Origin: Nanobdellota archaeon
GTDB lineage: Bacteria > Patescibacteriota > Minisyncoccia > UBA6257 > GWB1-50-10
Length of the DNA stretch: 25,962 nt
Assembly (NCBI GenBank): GCA_030695805.1
Contig: JAUYPG010000003.1
Span: 1-25,962 of the forward strand
Direction of reading: 5' to 3'
Shown here in pieces: positions 22,302-25,962 of the stretch (within the stretch, counting starts at the first letter, position 1; each line of letters opens with the position of its first letter). Under the pieces are notes generated by a model. It was not told where the DNA came from and made no database searches. It saw only the letters and a list, made by a program, of their open reading frames with translations. Made by a program: the position numbers and the translations under genes.

Positions 22302-24125
22302 TTAGATGATTTCTTTTATTTTTTTTATAATCGCCTCTTTTGATATTTCTTCATACCTCAACAGTTCCTCGGGAGTTCCGCTCTTCGGACGCTTTCGGAT
22401 GGCAAGAGAGCATATGCGGACATCTTCCCCTTCAAGCGCGGAGCGGACCGCCTCGCCCATCCCCCCCTCTGGAACATGATCTTCGACTATGACGAAACGC
22501 TTTGTCTCGCGTGCCGCCTTTTGCAGGGTCTCTGTGTCAATCGGCTTCACGCTATAAAGATCTATCACTCTGACCGCTATTCCTTGTTTCTTTAATTCCT
22601 CCTCGGCATCCAGGGCCTCATAGAGCGTTATCCCCGCGCCTATTATTGTCGCCACATCATTCTTCGTCTCCCGGATGACCTTACTTCCTCCGATATGGAA
22701 CTCATCGCTTTCATTATACAAAATTGGCGTATCTTTGCGAGTCGTGCGGATATAGACGATGCCCTTGTGACGAGCGGCTTCCCCCACGAGCGCCTCTGTT
22801 GCAACCGCGTCCGAGGGATAGAGCACCACGCTTCCCTCGACCGCGCGGAACATGGCGATATCTTCCAGGCCCATCTGGGAGGCGCCGTCTTCTCCGATTG
22901 AGACGCCCGCGTGCGACCCCGCAAAGATAATATGCGCGTCCGAATATCCGCACATCCGAATCTGATCAAAAGCCCTGGTGAAAAACGCGGCAAAGGTCGA
23001 GACGCACGGCAGTTTCCCTCTTCTCGCAAGGCCAAGCGCCGCTCCCACCATATTTTGTTCCGCGATATACATTTCAAAAAATCGGTCCGGGTACTTTTTT
23101 TTGAACATTTCCGCAAAGGTCGAGTTTGAGGTCTCGGCATCCAACACGACAATTTCCGGATGTTTTTTATGAATCCGGACGAGCGCGTTGCCGTAGGCCT
23201 TGCGCGTTGCCGCGGGCTCTTTATAGACCGCTCTTTCTCCTCCTTCGGGAGCGTAGGGCGCGGGAACTCTTTTCTCTGGCGCGAGTATTTCTCCCCGGAT
23301 ATCTTTCCGCACCTCCCCCAGCGCGGCAATTGCTTTTTCATAGTCCTCTCCTTTCAGCGCCCTGCCGTGCCATCCATCCGCGTTCTCTATTCCGGGAAAT
23401 CCCTTCCCTTTTTGCGTTTTCGCGATTATGATGACCGGCTTTTCTTTTATGTTCCCTGCCTCGTTATATGCTTTTTGAATTTCCCCGATATTATGGCCGT
23501 CTGGGAGCGTGACCGCGTGCCAGCCAAAGGCCTCTGCTTTTTTGCCGTACGCCCGAACGTCATGCCCGTGCATGGTCTCGCCTCTTTGCCCCAAACGATT
23601 CACATCAAGAATCGCGACGAGGTTATCCAGTTTATAATGCGCGGCAACTTCCATGGCCTCCCATACAGACCCCTCTGCCATCTCGGAGTCGCCCAAGAGC
23701 ACATACGTTTTATACGGAAGATTGTCGAGATGCTTTCCATTTATGGCCATCCCAACTCCGATTGAGAGGCCCTGACCGAGCGAGCCCGTCGGCGCTTCGG
23801 TGTATGGGAATTCAAGCGTGGGATGGCCCTCCAGACGACTGCCGAATTTTCGGAGCGTTTTTATCTCTTCCTCGCTCACCTTCCCGGCCGCCGCGTAGAG
23901 CGCGTAGAGGAGCGGGGCGGCGTGGCCCTTGGAAAATATCAGGCGGTCATTATTCGGGTTTTCCGGATCTTCCAAGTCCGCCCTAAAATACCCTCCGAAG
24001 CAAAGGCAGGCCATAAGCTCCACCGCGGACGCGGAGGATGTGGGGTGGCCGGAGCCGGCTTCTTTGGTCCCGAGAAGAATATAATAACGGACGAGCTTCG
24101 CGAGTTCGATTAAGTTGTTAGACAT
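22302..24125 (-). CDS. tkt: Transketolase (single chain, 607 aa)
   Basis: SGHPTSS, SKGHAAP, TGSLGQG, ThDP motif GDSEMAEG...N, IAEQNM, GEDGASQ. Confidence 0.95.
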   Translation of the reverse strand: MSNNLIELAKLVRYYILLGTKEAGSGHPTSSASAVELMACLCFGGYFRADLEDPENPNNDRLIFSKGHAAPLLYALYAAAGKVSEEEIKTLRKFGSRLEGHPTLEFPYTEAPTGSLGQGLSIGVGMAINGKHLDNLPYKTYVLLGDSEMAEGSVWEAMEVAAHYKLDNLVAILDVNRLGQRGETMHGHDVRAYGKKAEAFGWHAVTLPDGHNIGEIQKAYNEAGNIKEKPVIIIAKTQKGKGFPGIENADGWHGRALKGEDYEKAIAALGEVRKDIRGEILAPEKRVPAPYAPEGGERAVYKEPAATRKAYGNALVRIHKKHPEIVVLDAETSNSTFAEMFKKKYPDRFFEMYIAEQNMVGAALGLARRGKLPCVSTFAAFFTRAFDQIRMCGYSDAHIIFAGSHAGVSIGEDGASQMGLEDIAMFRAVEGSVVLYPSDAVATEALVGEAARHKGIVYIRTTRKDTPILYNESDEFHIGGSKVIRETKNDVATIIGAGITLYEALDAEEELKKQGIAVRVIDLYSVKPIDTETLQKAARETKRFVIVEDHVPEGGMGEAVRSALEGEDVRICSLAIRKRPKSGTPEELLRYEEISKEAIIKKIKEII

Positions 24126-24172
24126 TAGGAATGAGTTTATTTTACCTTATTTTTCCTTCTTTTTTAATACGC

Positions 24173-25408
24173 TCATTGCAAGCTCTCGCGTTTCAACGCG
24201 GACCAGGTGTATGTATTCGAAGGGTCCCAAAGATAGTATCCGGCATAGCTCGCGCCCATCGCGTCTTTCGTCGCCTCGATCTGGGCCCGCACCATCTCCG
24301 GCGTGTAGGGCACGCCTCCCAGATCAAAATCCTGAAGCCATGGCCGTATCTTCGCGCGCTCTCGCGTCGAGGTCGCCGTGTTCCGCAGACGCTTCAGCGC
24401 GTGCTCCATGGAAAATTTCACAACTTCGTAGGGGCGCGCCGCCGCGTTATCCAGGCCCAGAAAATTTTTGACGTAATGCGAGGGATAGAGCATGGGAGAG
24501 GTAACGTCGAAATAGTCGTAGGCATCCTCGAGCACCTGCCCTATCCCCATGTCGCTCGTGTAGGTTACCGTGGTCTGCCCGAATACATCCGCGGAGATCA
24601 CGACATTCGGAAGCTCCTGCCGAAGATAACTGAAAAAGTTTCGGATCGCGGTTTCGCGCCGCGTATTCTCATCCCACGAAAGAAAGTGGGTGTATTGAAG
24701 CCCCGCGTCCGAGGGAAAACGGATATAGTCGAAATTCAGCTCATCAAAGCCGCGGCTCGACGCGTCCTTCGCGATTGCGGCAACATATTCCCACGCCGGG
24801 CGGGCCGCGGGGTCAAGCCAGCCCGCTTTGTGGTTATCAAGCCAAATCGTACTTGAAGAAATGGGCGTGGAGGACGAGATTTTTCTTGTATCATGAATCG
24901 CGAGATCCGGGCGCCACACGGTTAACATCGGGTCCTGAAACACCGTGATCCGCGCGATCACGTATATTCCCGCGTCATGGAGCTTTTTAATCACACCGTT
25001 TACGTCTTTGATCCGACTTTCCCACGCGTTCATTCTATTCACCTCTTCAATATCCGCTCTATAGGAGAGGACTCCGGTGTGGTCTTTTATATCTATGACC
25101 ACCGCGTTTATCTCCGAGTCCTTTACGCGGACTATTACATTGTCTATTGTCGCGGGATTTCCCGCGGACCATGCCGTGAGATATATGGCGCGGATAATCT
25201 TCGGTGGATTCTCGAGCGGCAATTGCCGCGGCGTTTCTTTCGGAATACGTTTCACAATTTTTTCGGTACGATCGTTTTTTTCCGCCGCGCCTTCATCTCC
25301 TTTTTCGCTTCGCACCTCAAATGTGTTTCCGATAATCAAAAACCGCGTTCCGAACACGAACGCTCCCAACATTCCTCCCAAAAGAAGCAGACGCAACACC
25401 CTCTTCAT
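24173..25408 (-). CDS. Putative glycoside hydrolase (DUF4015-like), N-terminal membrane anchor
   Basis: RAIYLT, NAVVIDIKD..G, IARITVFQD, GFDELNFDYIRFP, SADVFG, PMLYPSHY, RPWLQDF. Confidence 0.88.
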   Translation of the reverse strand: MKRVLRLLLLGGMLGAFVFGTRFLIIGNTFEVRSEKGDEGAAEKNDRTEKIVKRIPKETPRQLPLENPPKIIRAIYLTAWSAGNPATIDNVIVRVKDSEINAVVIDIKDHTGVLSYRADIEEVNRMNAWESRIKDVNGVIKKLHDAGIYVIARITVFQDPMLTVWRPDLAIHDTRKISSSTPISSSTIWLDNHKAGWLDPAARPAWEYVAAIAKDASSRGFDELNFDYIRFPSDAGLQYTHFLSWDENTRRETAIRNFFSYLRQELPNVVISADVFGQTTVTYTSDMGIGQVLEDAYDYFDVTSPMLYPSHYVKNFLGLDNAAARPYEVVKFSMEHALKRLRNTATSTRERAKIRPWLQDFDLGGVPYTPEMVRAQIEATKDAMGASYAGYYLWDPSNTYTWSALKRESLQ

Positions 25409-25420
25409 GATTTTCCTATC

Positions 25421-25939
25421 CTACTTCACCCGATACACGGCGTAAAGAGACCCCTTTTTGTTCAATTTTTTCACGCTTCGAAGTTCAAAGATTTTTTCTC
25501 CGGTGGGTTCCGAAAAAAGCGAAATTCCTTTTCCGAAGACGACGGGCTCAATCGTCAGATGAAGTTCGTCCATCATCCCTTCTTTCAGGGCCCAGTCGTA
25601 TATTTTCGCTCCCCCGATTACCGCGATATGTTTGTAGCCCTTTTCTTTAATAATATCTTTCGGATGTTTTCCTTTCGGATTGCAGAAACAAATGTTTGGT
25701 TTCTCACATTTCGTGTTTTTTACCTGGCGCGTCAGCACGATGCAGTTGCGCCCTGAAAGCGGCTTCTTCGCGGTTTTATAAGTATTCATTCCTACGATAA
25801 TTACGTCCGCCTTTGCAAGTTCTTTTCGAAATATCTCCTTGTCCTCCCTGCTTGTCCAGTCCGAAAAGTGCCGCGCATGCTTCGCGATTTTTCCGTCGAG
25901 CGTTACGGCCGCGTAGGCCCTGTACATACATTTCCCCAT
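25421..25939 (-). CDS. Dihydrofolate reductase / RibD C-terminal domain family protein
   Basis: AAVTLDGKIA, DKEIF, VGMNTY, IGGAKIY, DELHLTIEPVVFGKGISLF. Confidence 0.88.
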   Translation of the reverse strand: MGKCMYRAYAAVTLDGKIAKHARHFSDWTSREDKEIFRKELAKADVIIVGMNTYKTAKKPLSGRNCIVLTRQVKNTKCEKPNICFCNPKGKHPKDIIKEKGYKHIAVIGGAKIYDWALKEGMMDELHLTIEPVVFGKGISLFSEPTGEKIFELRSVKKLNKKGSLYAVYRVK

Positions 25940-25962
25940 ATTTCAATATTTAAATATTTAAA

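Overview
Window from a small-genome bacterium. The gene repertoire (DUF5671, DUF5674, lycopene-cyclase-domain orphan, compact metK, PGI/PMI) suggests Patescibacteria/Parcubacteria (CPR); this is inference. It holds about 27 CDS: pyrG (truncated at the window edge), an AI-2E transporter, glutaredoxin, an AT-rich IMPase-like + PQ-loop-like pair, guaB-deaminase-guaA, a PD-(D/E)XK nuclease, DUF5671, glutamate dehydrogenase, small conserved hypotheticals, a CsoSCA-like carbonic anhydrase, a methionine/SAM operon, and pgi/pmi-LOG-tkt-DUF4015-DHFR-like genes. The main discovery is the minus-strand operon at 20267->16828: consensus sigma70 promoter -> SAM-I riboswitch with terminator/antiterminator -> metK -> an unannotated 29-aa leader ORF with a Met run (MMDMMM) overlapping an antiterminator, then an intrinsic terminator -> MmtN/plant-MMT-like methionine S-methyltransferase -> homocysteine S-methyltransferase. 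This reads as an S-methylmethionine cycle under two-tier control: SAM sensed by a riboswitch and Met-tRNA by ribosome-mediated attenuation. Other signals: two related perfect 44-bp palindromes bracketing the DUF5671 gene, a probable AMP deaminase inside guaBA, an IMPase lacking two metal-ligand Asp residues, and a candidate small RNA with its own promoter and terminator. Family calls come from motif recognition by eye, not database searches.
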